Assembly: GCA_039630355.1 (NCBI GenBank)
Contig: JBCNVF010000014.1
Coordinates: 1 to 62,293, forward strand
Direction of reading: 5' to 3'
Origin: Brevinematia bacterium
GTDB lineage: Bacteria; Spirochaetota; Brevinematia; DTOW01
Length of the DNA stretch: 62,293 bases
Numbering within the stretch: the first letter of the stretch is position 1; each line of letters begins with the position of its first letter. The notes below the pieces were generated by a model. That model had not been told where the DNA came from. It was given only the letters and a program-made list of their open reading frames with translations, and ran no database searches. This document shows, piece by piece, positions 29,014 through 38,448 of the stretch. Position numbers and translations under genes: made by a program.

Positions 29014-30444
29014 ATGAATTTAAGCTTATTGGAGAGAGTTAGTGAGTCTGAGTGGGTTTACAGAAAAAGGGGAAACATGAATGCTGATGTAAGATTTTTT
29101 TGTTCAAGGCAGATCTTGGAGTCAATGGATGAGGCTGTGCTTAGTCAAGCTACTAATGTAGCGTGTCTTCCGGGAATTGTTGGTGATGTTATTATTTTGC
29201 CTGACTCTCACTGGGGGTATGGCTTTCCTATAGGATCGGTTGCGGGATTTGACGAGAGTGGTGTTTTTAGTGTAGGAGGAGTAGGTTTTGACATAAACTG
29301 TGGTGTTAGAACTATAAAGACAAACCTTAGGTATGAGAGTCTTACGAGAAGGGATATAGAGGAGTTAGCCAAGAGGCTTTTTGAGAATATACCTGCCGGG
29401 CTTGGCAGGGATGGTGAGATAAAACTTCCGAGGAAAGAGGTTGTTAAGGTTCTTACGGAGGGGGTAAAGTGGTGTCTTGAGCATGGTTATGCTGAGGAGG
29501 AGGATGTTGAGAATACTGAGGAAAATGGAACAGTTGAAGGTGCTATTCCAGAATATGTCAGTGATGAAGCAATTGAGAGGGAAAAGGGTCAATTAGGAAC
29601 TCTAGGTTCTGGAAATCACTACTTGGAGGTTCAGGTGGTTGATGAGATATACAATAGAAGAATAGGTGAAATTTTTGGGTTGTTTAGGGGGCAAGTTGTT
29701 GTGACTATTCACTGTGGTTCCAGAGGCCTTGGACATCAGATAAATACGGATTTCATAAAGACATTTTCTTCGGCTGTTGAGAAATACAAGATTCCTATCA
29801 AGGAGAAGGAATTAGTTTGTGCTCCGATAGATTCAAAAGAGGGGAAAATGTATTTCGGTGCAGCAAAATGTGCGATAAATTATGCCTTTGCTAATAGACA
29901 GGTATTGACCTATCTCGTGAGACAGACTTTTAAGAAAATGTTTAAGGATGTATCCATGCCTCTTCTTTATGACATAGGACACAACACTGTAAAGGAAGAA
30001 ATACATACCACTCCTGATGGTAAGAGTATCAAAGTATACGTTCACAGAAAGGGAAGCACGAGGGGCTTTGGTCCAAGCACGATAGGGATACCTGAAAAAT
30101 ACATTAGTGTAGGACAACCAGTGATAGTTGGTGGATCTATGGGTTCCTCCTCCTATATTCTTGTGGGGACAACAAGTGCTATGCTCAAAACCTTTGGTTC
30201 AACTGTGCATGGTGCAGGTAGATCTCTCTCAAGAAATCAGGCTAAAAAGACTTTTCCTTATGAGAAAATTATGAAGCAACTTGAAAGTAAAGGGATAATA
30301 GTAATGTCTGCGTCAAAAGCTGGTATTTCAGAAGAAGCTCCCCAGGCTTATAAGGACATTGATGAGGTTGTAGAGTCAGTTAGTTATTCGGGATTGTCAG
30401 CAAAGGTAGCAAAGCTAAGACCTATAATAAGTGTGAAGGGTTAG
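29014..30444 (+). CDS. rtcB: RNA ligase RtcB
   Basis: PDSHWGYGFPIG, DINCG, GTLGSGNHYLE, HCGSRG, HRKG, GSMG, HGAGR, EEAPQAYK. Confidence 0.96.
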   Translation: MNLSLLERVSESEWVYRKRGNMNADVRFFCSRQILESMDEAVLSQATNVACLPGIVGDVIILPDSHWGYGFPIGSVAGFDESGVFSVGGVGFDINCGVRTIKTNLRYESLTRRDIEELAKRLFENIPAGLGRDGEIKLPRKEVVKVLTEGVKWCLEHGYAEEEDVENTEENGTVEGAIPEYVSDEAIEREKGQLGTLGSGNHYLEVQVVDEIYNRRIGEIFGLFRGQVVVTIHCGSRGLGHQINTDFIKTFSSAVEKYKIPIKEKELVCAPIDSKEGKMYFGAAKCAINYAFANRQVLTYLVRQTFKKMFKDVSMPLLYDIGHNTVKEEIHTTPDGKSIKVYVHRKGSTRGFGPSTIGIPEKYISVGQPVIVGGSMGSSSYILVGTTSAMLKTFGSTVHGAGRSLSRNQAKKTFPYEKIMKQLESKGIIVMSASKAGISEEAPQAYKDIDEVVESVSYSGLSAKVAKLRPIISVKG

Positions 30445-30776
30445 GATTTATCTTCTTCTCTCACAAGAAGAGATGCTACAATCTCTTCTCCTATCTTTTC
30501 GGATACTTTTTCTATAGCTTTTTCACTCTTGTATTCGCCAGACTCTATAAATCTTCTGCCTCTCTCAACTGCGGATTCTCTTATCTCAGGAATGTTTTTA
30601 ATAGTTGATAGTGCTATTTCTTCTGCTTGCTTTTTCTGAAGAATTTGTTTTGCGTCCTCGGAGATTGAAACTTCGTCTTTTCCTATGTTGTTTAGGTTGG
30701 TTCTGACTTTCTCGGGTTTATCGGAAGGTTTGCTGGGTTTTATTGGTTCTGGACCACCGATTCCTCTTACAACCAT
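30441..30776 (-). CDS. flgM: Anti-sigma28 factor FlgM
   Basis: DEVSIS..AK...PEIRE..VE...IESGEY pattern; preceded by a sigma28-like promoter; stop overlaps the rtcB stop. Confidence 0.8.
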   Translation of the reverse strand: MVVRGIGGPEPIKPSKPSDKPEKVRTNLNNIGKDEVSISEDAKQILQKKQAEEIALSTIKNIPEIRESAVERGRRFIESGEYKSEKAIEKVSEKIGEEIVASLLVREEDKS

Positions 30777-30798
30777 ATCTCACCTCTTCGCTATTCTA

Positions 30799-30825
30799 TT
30801 ATCGGTAATATTATAAACATTGTTA
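30799..30825 (-). promoter_or_regulatory. Sigma28 promoter of flgM
   Basis: TAAC-N15-ACCGATAA versus consensus TAAA-N15-GCCGATAA. Confidence 0.65.
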
Positions 30826-30828
30826 AAT

Positions 30829-30927
30829 TTTCATTCAACAAATCACTCTCCTATACACCTAGACTCTACAATTGCTTTAAGCTCCTTAAAGAGAGTTAAA
30901 ACTTTTTTCATTCAACTTTCATTCAAC
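30829..30927. repeat. Three exact copies of the 11-mer TTTCATTCAAC in phase
   Basis: Copies at 30829-30839, 30906-30916 and 30917-30927 (offsets 77 and 11 bp). Confidence 0.75.
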
Positions 30928-31123
30928 ATCAAACTACCTTTGTGTCTTTTAAATCCCTCAAAAGGGAGCTAAAACCCGTTCAAATTGAAAAATACTTTGG
31001 TATTCACTCCTACCTCATAACTCCAGCTCTTTTTTGAATTATAAATGATCTTAATGTCAAGATGAAGGTATTTTTTCCGGAACCTCTAGTAATGCATTTT
31101 TTCGCACTAAAATATGTTGGTAA

Positions 31124-31367
31124 AGTGATATTAATTTCTGTTTGTAAAGATGAAAGAATTACACTCATATGTTCCGAAAGCCCTTTAGAAAAGAGCTATG
31201 ATGCTTTTGAGATTTACTAATACATCATTTTATGCCGTTAAAAGTTTGGAAAACCAAGACATTTTGGTATAATTTGCATAGTATGCTTTTAAAGCAGGAA
31301 AGAAAAGAGAGTTTCAATGTGGAATCATTTTATAATTACACAGGATTTTCAGATTTTGGATTTATTG
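31124..31367 (+). mobile_element. Possible relic (J) of the TIR element
   Basis: Right end AGATTTTGGATTTATTG matches copy I end at 15/17; left TTAATTTCT patch resembles copy E; interior not alignable by eye. Confidence 0.3.
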
Positions 31368-31434
31368 GCCTTGTTAATTTTATTGAATATCGCATTTTGT
31401 TGATTCAAAATAAACGGTGAAGTAGGAGGGAATT

Positions 31435-33981
31435 ATGAAAAAGGAAAAGATTACTATTTTTCTAGTTGTTTCATTTTTAAGCATTTTGGTTACCTATAGT
31501 TGTGTACCACCTTCTGAAGAGAAGCCTTCTGTTGAGGCTAAGGAGAAGGAATATAAACTGCAGATAGCTGTGGTTTCTGCTATAGACGAGACAAACTTAA
31601 ATGTAGTTCTTAAGTATACCCCACCTGAAGGATTTGAATTCAAGCCTAATATGTTTGTAGTAAGGTCTGATTCTGATACTAACAAGATCTTGAGGGTAAA
31701 AGAAGTGAAACATATTAAGAAGAAGGAAATAAGAATCACTCTTGAGGATCCTGTGACTATAGACGAGGTATGGGCCATATCAACAAGTGATGATCTTACT
31801 TTCAAGAACAAGAGATTTATTAACTATGAAAAAATGTTGTATAAGTTTTATTCAGACAAGCCTCTAGGACATACTATAGAGGGCAACATGAATGTTTTTA
31901 GAGTTTTTGTACCCAGAGCGAAGAAAGTTATTCTCGTTATAGCTGATGATCCTATTGAGATGAAGAATAAAAAGGAATACGAAATGACATGCGATGAGAA
32001 CTATGTTTGGGAAGCAAAGGTTCCTGGTGTTTTATGGGGCAAATACTATGGTTACAGAGCGGAAGGTCCTAAACACTTTACAGAGGCCTTTGATCCTGAC
32101 CTAATTGTTTTTGACCCATACTCTAAGGCTGTTGCTGTTGAAAATTCTTACAAACAAAAAGGTATGAGTGTGATAGTTGACACAACTAAATACAATTGGG
32201 AGGGAACGACTTGGACTGGGCTTAAGGCAGAAGATGCGATAATATATGAGTCCCATATCAGAGACTTTACTGCTCATCCATCTTCAGGTGTTCCTGAGAA
32301 TATAAGAGGAACTTACAAAGGTTTCATATATAGAGGTAAGGGAGTGATAGGAGGGATAACTTGGCTTAAAGAGTTAGGAGTGAATGCTGTTGAATTTTTG
32401 CCAATACATGAGTCTGGTACATATGAGCCACCATTTGGAGAACAGGTTGAGCATGCTGGTGCGGAGAAGGGAGGTACTGTGGTCAACACTTGGAATGCAC
32501 ATAGTAGGAACCACTGGGGGTATATGACGTCTTGCTTCTTCGCTCCAGAGTCCTATTACTCATCTGGTGACCTAACACCTGGGAAGTATAGTGGACTTGG
32601 TGGAAAACAGGTTGATGAGTTTAAAGATGTTGTTAAGGAACTGCACAAAGAAAAGATTGCTGTTTTGCTTGATGTTGTGTATAACCATGTCTCTCAGTAT
32701 GACTACAATCCTCTAAAAAGACTTGGTAAGAAATACTACTTCTTCTTGAACGACTTTCACGGATACGATGCGAGAAGTGGCTGTGGAAACGATGTTGATA
32801 CAGCTAAGCCAATGGCTAGCAGGTTAGTCGTTGACAGCGTAAAGTACTGGGTAATAGATTACAAAATAGATGGGTTTAGGTTTGACCTTGCTACCATAAT
32901 TGATTGGAAGACTCACGAGAAGGTAATTAAGGAGACGAAAAAGATAAATCCTGATATAATTCTTGTAGCTGAGCCTTGGGGAGGTGGTAGAGGTGAACCT
33001 AGAGATGGAGGTGGATATACTTTGATCGGATTCTCAAAGAGGGGAATGGGTGCTTGGAATGATAGAATAAGAAACTTCATAAGAGGAAGTGCTTCCGCTT
33101 CTTCCAGTCCTCAAGCAGGGATTATTTTTGGCAAAGGTAGTAATGACGAAATGAAAAAGTTTGTGCTAGGATTTTTGACAAATGTAGGTGGCGATTTCTG
33201 CGAGAAAGGACATAACATAAACTATGCTGAGTCTCATGATAACGAAACTCTCGGAGATTTCATAAGAATAGGAAACGGTGACTACAAACCACATCAAGTT
33301 GTTAACAACAGAACTGAGTTTGTAAAACTTACACCTAAACAGCTAGCCCAGAATAAACTTGCTGGATTGTTCCTATTCTCAGTGCAGGGAGGAATAATGA
33401 TACACCAAGGACAAGAGTTTGCTAGGTCTAAGGTTGTTGATCCTAAAAGTATTTGGCTTAAGGATTTTAAGCAAGATGAGAAGGGTAATTGGTTTAAGGA
33501 AGTAGCTTTACCCGGTGGAAAGACAAAGAAGGTTATGTGGCCTGGTGGTAAGGCAAAACCCAATACAGTGGATCATGATAGTTACGAAAAAGATGATGAG
33601 ACTAACTGGATAAATTACGACGAAGCACTAAAACTAGAGCCTAACAGAGAACTGCTAGAATACTACAAAGGCTTGATAGCAATAAGGAAAAAGTTTGATC
33701 CCTTCAGAAAGGCAGATATTAAAGCAATAAAATTTATAAATGCTAAAGAGAAGATATCTCCAACTCTTGGTTGGGTGCTACCAGGTGACACAACAACTGG
33801 GGGAAAGGAGATAGTAGTTCTAGTTAACGCAAATCAAGTAAGTTCTGCAACTTTTACTCTTCCAGAAGGAGAGTGGCAGATACTCGCAGATAACAAAGTT
33901 GCAACGACAAAACCTTTTGGCTCAGTTTCTGGTGATGTTGTGCTTCAACCAATAAGTGGAATGATACTGATAAAAAAGTAG
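31435..33981 (+). CDS. GH13 pullulanase/isoamylase-like debranching enzyme, lipoprotein
   Basis: Lipobox-like LVTYSC; NHWGY, LDVVYNH, GFRFDLA (nucleophile), VAEPW (acid/base), YAESHD. Confidence 0.88.
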   Translation: MKKEKITIFLVVSFLSILVTYSCVPPSEEKPSVEAKEKEYKLQIAVVSAIDETNLNVVLKYTPPEGFEFKPNMFVVRSDSDTNKILRVKEVKHIKKKEIRITLEDPVTIDEVWAISTSDDLTFKNKRFINYEKMLYKFYSDKPLGHTIEGNMNVFRVFVPRAKKVILVIADDPIEMKNKKEYEMTCDENYVWEAKVPGVLWGKYYGYRAEGPKHFTEAFDPDLIVFDPYSKAVAVENSYKQKGMSVIVDTTKYNWEGTTWTGLKAEDAIIYESHIRDFTAHPSSGVPENIRGTYKGFIYRGKGVIGGITWLKELGVNAVEFLPIHESGTYEPPFGEQVEHAGAEKGGTVVNTWNAHSRNHWGYMTSCFFAPESYYSSGDLTPGKYSGLGGKQVDEFKDVVKELHKEKIAVLLDVVYNHVSQYDYNPLKRLGKKYYFFLNDFHGYDARSGCGNDVDTAKPMASRLVVDSVKYWVIDYKIDGFRFDLATIIDWKTHEKVIKETKKINPDIILVAEPWGGGRGEPRDGGGYTLIGFSKRGMGAWNDRIRNFIRGSASASSSPQAGIIFGKGSNDEMKKFVLGFLTNVGGDFCEKGHNINYAESHDNETLGDFIRIGNGDYKPHQVVNNRTEFVKLTPKQLAQNKLAGLFLFSVQGGIMIHQGQEFARSKVVDPKSIWLKDFKQDEKGNWFKEVALPGGKTKKVMWPGGKAKPNTVDHDSYEKDDETNWINYDEALKLEPNRELLEYYKGLIAIRKKFDPFRKADIKAIKFINAKEKISPTLGWVLPGDTTTGGKEIVVLVNANQVSSATFTLPEGEWQILADNKVATTKPFGSVSGDVVLQPISGMILIKK

Positions 33982-34007
33982 AGAATTTGCACCTTGAGAC
34001 TTCACTT

Positions 34008-34037
34008 ACGGGGGAGTGAAACTCCTCCGTTATTTCT
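34008..34037 (+). terminator. Intrinsic terminator after the GH13 gene
   Basis: ACGGGGGAGT-GAA-ACTCCTCCGT 10-bp stem with one G-U, followed by TATTTCT. Confidence 0.7.
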
Positions 34038-34073
34038 GTATTCAAGGGGTTTCCACTAAAGATGCTCCGGAAT

Positions 34074-34275
34074 AATAAATTCCAATTTCCATTAGATGAG
34101 TAGATAAGATTCAACTTTTTGTTTACCCACCTCCTTTGTTTCTAGACAGTGTTTATCAGTTGCAAATTCACTTCATACCAAGCCTCCTATTAGGAAGGGT
34201 GTTTACACAGTCCTGATAGGGATGAAAAGAGTAAAAGAAAAACTGTGCCTAATTGCTAAATTTTGGAGTTTATTG
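34074..34275 (+). mobile_element. MITE-like element copy B (202 bp)
   Basis: AATAAATTCCAATTTCCA identical to copy A; right end AAATTTTGGAGTTTATTG; flanks GCTCCGGAAT / GTTCCAGAAT (8/10). Confidence 0.88.
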
Positions 34276-34390
34276 GTTCCAGAATTATTGAAAAGGATAT
34301 TGCTAACAACAGCTTCTAGTCAATGTATAGAGTGTAAACTAAACAAGAGTAAGACTGGTTTTAATCCCTAGGTGTAGGTTTGGCTACTTC

Positions 34391-35548
34391 CTACTTAGTG
34401 AAAAGGGAATAGAAAAAGTTTGACTGATCTTCATATCCGTTTTTGAAATTATGTTTTTTTATGTTGTTTACGAAGGTTTCATACATCTCCCTGTTTCTTA
34501 GAAGTTCTATAGTTTTTGATATAACTTTTTTTGGATTCTCTATGTGTAGTCCTAGTTTCTCTCTTTCAACGAATTTTACAGTTCCTGTTTCTTGTCCCCA
34601 TATATAGCTTGATATTATGATTGGTTTTTCTAGAACTAGTGCTTCCATAGTTCCTGATGCTCCAGCTTTGGTGATTATAACATCAGCGATGTTTTGTAAC
34701 TCATACATGAAGTCTATAAAACCGAATACCTTGACATTGTAATTGTATTTATTGTGTTCATTTACTATTTTCCTTACTCTCTCCTCCATATCTTTATCTC
34801 TTCCGCAGACTACTGCAAGGTCTATTCCTTTAGCGTTTTGGTTGAGTAGAAAATGTCTTACGACACTATCAGCATTTCTTAGTGCTACACCGCCACTTGC
34901 TATAAGCACTAGGTTGTTTTCAGGGTTAAACCCTAGTTTACTCTTGATCTGCCTTAACTCCTCAGGAGGTAGTTTCTTTGAGTATTTTGGGTTGAGGATC
35001 ATGGGAAGTTTTACCAAATTCTCGGGAGGGACCTTGTATCTTTTTACAGCAATGTTGTATAAGTAGTCCGTATATACTATCATCTTGAGATCACGGTAAT
35101 GAAACCAAGCGGGATGAGGAGTGAAAGGATCTAACACCATCACATATATTGGTATGTTTTTACCAGAATCTTTCACAGCTTGTCTTATTACACCGTTAAG
35201 TAGAGGATGAAAACTTACTATAAGATCTGGGTTATACTCCTCCAGAGCCTTTCTAAACCTTTTAATGGTTCTCATTTTTATTAAGTTTTGTTCAATACTC
35301 ATTACGGGGCGTAAGATGCTTATATAGTATACGGTTATATACGCTAGCAAGGCTTTAGCGGAGACTACTGTATATCCGCTTTCTATTAGAGATTTGAGAA
35401 TTTTATTCTCTTCGCCGAAGCCTTCAAATAGAATGCACTCAAATGTGTCAGGGTATACTGTTTCTAATGCTTCCTTAAGAGCTTTAGCAGGTCCCAAATG
35501 TCCTCCACCAGTAAGTAGGTAGGGCATCAACACTTTCTTTTTGCTCAT
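34391..35548 (-). CDS. MGDG synthase / UgtP-like glycolipid glycosyltransferase (GT28-like)
   Basis: TGGGH, VSFHPL, AVVCGR, GFIDFMYELQ..ADVIITKAGASG..EAL...GQE. Confidence 0.8.
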   Translation of the reverse strand: MSKKKVLMPYLLTGGGHLGPAKALKEALETVYPDTFECILFEGFGEENKILKSLIESGYTVVSAKALLAYITVYYISILRPVMSIEQNLIKMRTIKRFRKALEEYNPDLIVSFHPLLNGVIRQAVKDSGKNIPIYVMVLDPFTPHPAWFHYRDLKMIVYTDYLYNIAVKRYKVPPENLVKLPMILNPKYSKKLPPEELRQIKSKLGFNPENNLVLIASGGVALRNADSVVRHFLLNQNAKGIDLAVVCGRDKDMEERVRKIVNEHNKYNYNVKVFGFIDFMYELQNIADVIITKAGASGTMEALVLEKPIIISSYIWGQETGTVKFVEREKLGLHIENPKKVISKTIELLRNREMYETFVNNIKKHNFKNGYEDQSNFFYSLFTK

Positions 35549-35621
35549 AGTTGACTCCTTTTTGAGGTTTATTATAACTAATATTTTGAAGATTTCTCAA
35601 TTTTTAGGGATATCTGGTAGT

Positions 35622-35834
35622 CAATAAGGTTTAAAATTCACAGCTAGGTGTGGTTTTTCCTTCTTTCTCTTGCAGTTTCCTGTCGGGGACTAGGTAAGTT
35701 TTCTTCCTAGTAAGCATCTAAGAAGCTTGGTGTGAAGTTAAGTTTCATAACTGACGAACGCTATCTAGAACCGAAAGAAGTAAGCAGAAGTTTGGAATCC
35801 TGATTGTTCACTTGGTAGAAATTGGAATTTGTTG
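35622..35834 (-). mobile_element. MITE-like element copy C (213 bp, inverted)
   Basis: Ends CAATAAGGTTTAAAATT...AAATTGGAATTTGTTG; interior collinear with A, B and D; no target duplication seen. Confidence 0.85.
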
Positions 35835-35919
35835 GATAGCATTCCTGTGTTTTTGAAAATGGAGTTTTGGAAAGTTTACAATATATTTGACATTTTTCTT
35901 GCTGTAGGGAGGTTTAGAT

Positions 35920-37470
35920 ATGAAGGTAAGAAGGTTTTTCTCTAAGCTTATGTTGAATTGGTTTGTCCTGAATTTAGTTCTTACTGGTTTTTTAGTTGGT
36001 GTCATTTTTTCGTTTGGTGTTTTAGGAGGCAGTTGTAGTTATACTAAGGATAGAGGGAATGTTTCTTTTGCTAGTAGTAGTGGTGTTGATCTTTCCAAGC
36101 TTCCAGAGGAGTATAGATATGCTTATTCAGTTCAGAGAGTGTTGAATGATGTTGCTGAGAAGGTGTCTCCTGCTGTTGTAAACATAAAGAGTGAGAGCGT
36201 TGTGGAGTATACCTATAGGGATCCGTTCTATGAGTTTTTCCGAGATGATGAGTTTCTGAGGAAGTTTTTTGATGTTCCTGATTTTTTCAAAGAGAGAAAG
36301 TATAAGCGCACTATACCAAGTTTAGGTTCAGGGTTTATTATATCTAGGGATGGCTATATACTTAGCAACCTTCACGTTGTAAGACCTGGAGGCAAAATGG
36401 CAAAGGATATAATCGTTACAGTTCTTAAGTCTGGTAAAGAATATAAGGCCAAGGTTGTGGGATATGATGAAGCGACAGATATAGCAGTTCTAAAGATTGA
36501 GCCAAAGGAGGAGTTACCTGTAGTGACCCTGGGGGATTCTGATAAGGTTAGGGTGGGAGATTTTGCTATTGCGATAGGTAACCCATTTGGGCTTAATGGA
36601 ACCTTTACATTTGGAACTATAAGTGCAGTGAACAGGGATATACAAGGTATTGTTTTCTCAAAGTATATTCAGACTGATGCTCCGATAAATCCTGGGAACA
36701 GTGGTGGACCTCTTGTTAATCTTTTTGGTGAGGTTATTGGAATAAATACATTCATAGTTTCTACAAGTCAGATGGGAACTGGGGGTAATATTGGTATTGG
36801 TTTTGCTATACCTATAAATACTGCTAAGAAGGTGGTGAAACAGTTGGTTGAGAAAGGTAGGGTGGAGAGAGGGTATTTGGGAGTTACGGTGCTGAATCTT
36901 GATAGTGAAACTAGAAAGCAGATGGGATTACCAGAAGATTTAGGTGTGTTGGTTAGTATGGTTGAGCCGAATAGTCCTGCAGACAAGGCAGGTATAAAAC
37001 AAGGAGATGTTATAACTGAGGTTGATGGAGAAAGAATTACTTCTAGTGATGCTTTGGTTAACAAGATAGCGTCAAAGTCTCCTGGTGAAGTGGCGAAAGT
37101 TAGGGTTTTTAGAGATAATAAATACCTAGAGTTTAGTATTAAGGTTGGTTTGAGACCTTCTGAAGAGGAACTTGCGAAGAAGTTTGAGAGTGGTGAGGAA
37201 GGTTATCGTGGGAATCAGTATGAGTATAGGGGGGTAGTAGTTGTTAGCAATCCGAATGGTAATGGAGTAGTCGTTGTGACAGTGAAGGAGGATAGTGTTT
37301 TTAGTGGAATCTTACAGAAGGGAGATATAATTGTGGAGATTAACGGTAAGAGGATATATACACTTTCTGATTTCCAAGATTTTGCTAAAGCTAATAAAGA
37401 TGCTAAGAAGTTTTTAGTGAAGTTCTATAGAGACAATATGCTGATGATAAGAGGGTTTTCAGTAAAGTAG
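35920..37470 (+). CDS. degP: HtrA/DegP (Do) serine endoprotease with two PDZ domains
   Basis: SLGSGFII, SNLHVV, TDIAVL, QTDAPINPGNSGGPL. Confidence 0.92.
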   Translation: MKVRRFFSKLMLNWFVLNLVLTGFLVGVIFSFGVLGGSCSYTKDRGNVSFASSSGVDLSKLPEEYRYAYSVQRVLNDVAEKVSPAVVNIKSESVVEYTYRDPFYEFFRDDEFLRKFFDVPDFFKERKYKRTIPSLGSGFIISRDGYILSNLHVVRPGGKMAKDIIVTVLKSGKEYKAKVVGYDEATDIAVLKIEPKEELPVVTLGDSDKVRVGDFAIAIGNPFGLNGTFTFGTISAVNRDIQGIVFSKYIQTDAPINPGNSGGPLVNLFGEVIGINTFIVSTSQMGTGGNIGIGFAIPINTAKKVVKQLVEKGRVERGYLGVTVLNLDSETRKQMGLPEDLGVLVSMVEPNSPADKAGIKQGDVITEVDGERITSSDALVNKIASKSPGEVAKVRVFRDNKYLEFSIKVGLRPSEEELAKKFESGEEGYRGNQYEYRGVVVVSNPNGNGVVVVTVKEDSVFSGILQKGDIIVEINGKRIYTLSDFQDFAKANKDAKKFLVKFYRDNMLMIRGFSVK

Positions 37471-37490
37471 TAGAACGGAGGTAGAAGTAA

Positions 37491-38447
37491 ATGGAGAACA
37501 TAAAACCGCTTAGTTTTGAGATGCCTATAGTTGAGATGGAGAAAAAGATAGAAGAGATGAAACAAGTTCTTGGGCTGAATGATGATTCACCCGAGATAAG
37601 GAATTTACACAAGCAGTTGGAGGATATAAAGAATAAGATTTACTCTAACCTTTCTGAGTGGCAGATTGTTGAGATTTCTAGGCATCCGAATAGGCCAACT
37701 TTTGTTGACTACCTTAGTGCAATATTTACTGATTTTATAGAGCTTGCTGGAGATAGATATTTTGGCGATGATAAGGCGATAATTGCTGGGTTTGGCAAGC
37801 TTGATAACATTTCTGTTTGTATAGTTGGTCAGGAGAAAGGCAAGTCAGTTGAAGAGAAGATAAGGAGAAATTTCGGTATGCCTCATCCTGAGGGTTATAG
37901 GAAGGCCATCAGGGTTATGAAGCTTGCTGAGAGGTTTAGAATACCAGTGATAACCTTTATAGACACTGCTGGTGCTTACCCTGGTGTTGGAGCGGAAGAA
38001 AGAGGACAAGGAGAAGCTATTGCTAGAAACCTTATGGAGATATCTGGGCTTAAAACCCCTATAATATCGGTGGTCATAGGAGAGGGAGGAAGTGGTGGAG
38101 CTTTAGCTATTGGTGTTGCGGATAGAATCTATATGCTTGAGTATGCTACATATTCCGTAATATCTCCCGAAGGGTGTGCTTCTATCCTCTGGAAGGATGC
38201 ATCTAAGGCGCCTGAGGCTGCAAAAGCGTTAAAACTCACCGCAAGATGGTGCAAAGAGTTTGGTGTAGTGGATAAGATAATAAAAGAACCGTTAGGGGGT
38301 GCTCATAGAAATCCTGATTTAGTTTTTAGTAATTTGAAAGCAGAGCTAATAAAGGATATTGGGTATCTGCTCAAACTTTCAAATGAACAGCTTTTGAAAA
38401 TGAGATATGCGAAGTTTAGGAACATTGGAGCTTATGAGGTAAAGTGA
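37491..38447 (+). CDS. accA: Acetyl-CoA carboxylase carboxyltransferase alpha subunit
   Basis: RHPNRP, RNFGMPHPEGYRKA, IDTAGAYPG, GEGGSGGALA. Confidence 0.97.
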   Translation: MENIKPLSFEMPIVEMEKKIEEMKQVLGLNDDSPEIRNLHKQLEDIKNKIYSNLSEWQIVEISRHPNRPTFVDYLSAIFTDFIELAGDRYFGDDKAIIAGFGKLDNISVCIVGQEKGKSVEEKIRRNFGMPHPEGYRKAIRVMKLAERFRIPVITFIDTAGAYPGVGAEERGQGEAIARNLMEISGLKTPIISVVIGEGGSGGALAIGVADRIYMLEYATYSVISPEGCASILWKDASKAPEAAKALKLTARWCKEFGVVDKIIKEPLGGAHRNPDLVFSNLKAELIKDIGYLLKLSNEQLLKMRYAKFRNIGAYEVK

Positions 38448-38448
38448 A

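Noticed and set aside
30954-30967. Hairpin TCCCT-CAAA-AGGGA as part of a riboswitch in the long flgM-GH13 gap
   Set aside because: No c-di-GMP or other riboswitch consensus elements were recognisable around it.
31232-31420. 62-aa ORF upstream of the GH13 gene
   Set aside because: It has no SD, overlaps the promoter and relic-element region, and has no recognisable features.
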